The notes beneath the pieces were generated by a model. The model had not been told where the DNA came from. It saw only the letters and a list, made by a program, of their open reading frames with translations, and did not search any database. The position numbers were made by a program, and so were the translations under genes. A stretch of 63,975 nt of DNA, the filler included, from Reclinomonas americana ATCC 50394 (lineage: Eukaryota): the NCBI GenBank assembly GCA_048213135.1. It is 6 parts of 4 records of this genome, joined end to end, with 100 filler letters (N's around TTAATTAATTAA, not from the genome) between each part and the next. Parts side by side here need not be neighbours in the genome. Positions count along the whole stretch, not along the records: positions 62,499 to 63,975 come from PS015114.1; 5 more parts are not named here. One strand, given 5' to 3'. This document shows, piece after piece, positions 63,926-63,975 of this stretch. Positions within the stretch are counted from its first letter, which is position 1. Each line of letters starts with the position of its first letter.

Positions 63926-63975
63926 GTACTGCACATGTGATATCGAGATCTCGTGATCCTCTCGGAAAATAAGAT

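Overview
Intron-rich eukaryotic genomic DNA, probably from a flagellated protist (it encodes the ciliary transition-zone protein CC2D2A). The window is six scaffolds joined by five artificial 100-nt N/TTAATTAATTAA linkers, so adjacency across them is meaningless. Scaffold 1 (1-26119) holds the main point of interest, a head-to-tail minus-strand array of stand-alone WD40 genes. Five are intact, one can be rebuilt from flipped contigs and one is a truncated pseudogene. Each has a 12-nt MATK/MTTK micro-exon, exactly seven highly similar 42-aa repeats with hypervariable top-face positions, blade blocks apparently exchanged between paralogues, and a short SOCS-box-like tail. This may be a diversified recognition or E3-adaptor family. 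The other scaffolds carry long-chain acyl-CoA synthetase, an ABCG transporter, a nucleoside hydrolase, a FAM221-like protein, CSN4, an intron-containing hybrid cluster protein, CC2D2A, a secreted His1 (LPMO-like?) protein fragment and a TFIIS-N-like gene. Also seen are many mini/microsatellites and a recurrent unusual GTTGCG 5' splice site. All calls come from manual reading and motif recognition; no searches were run.
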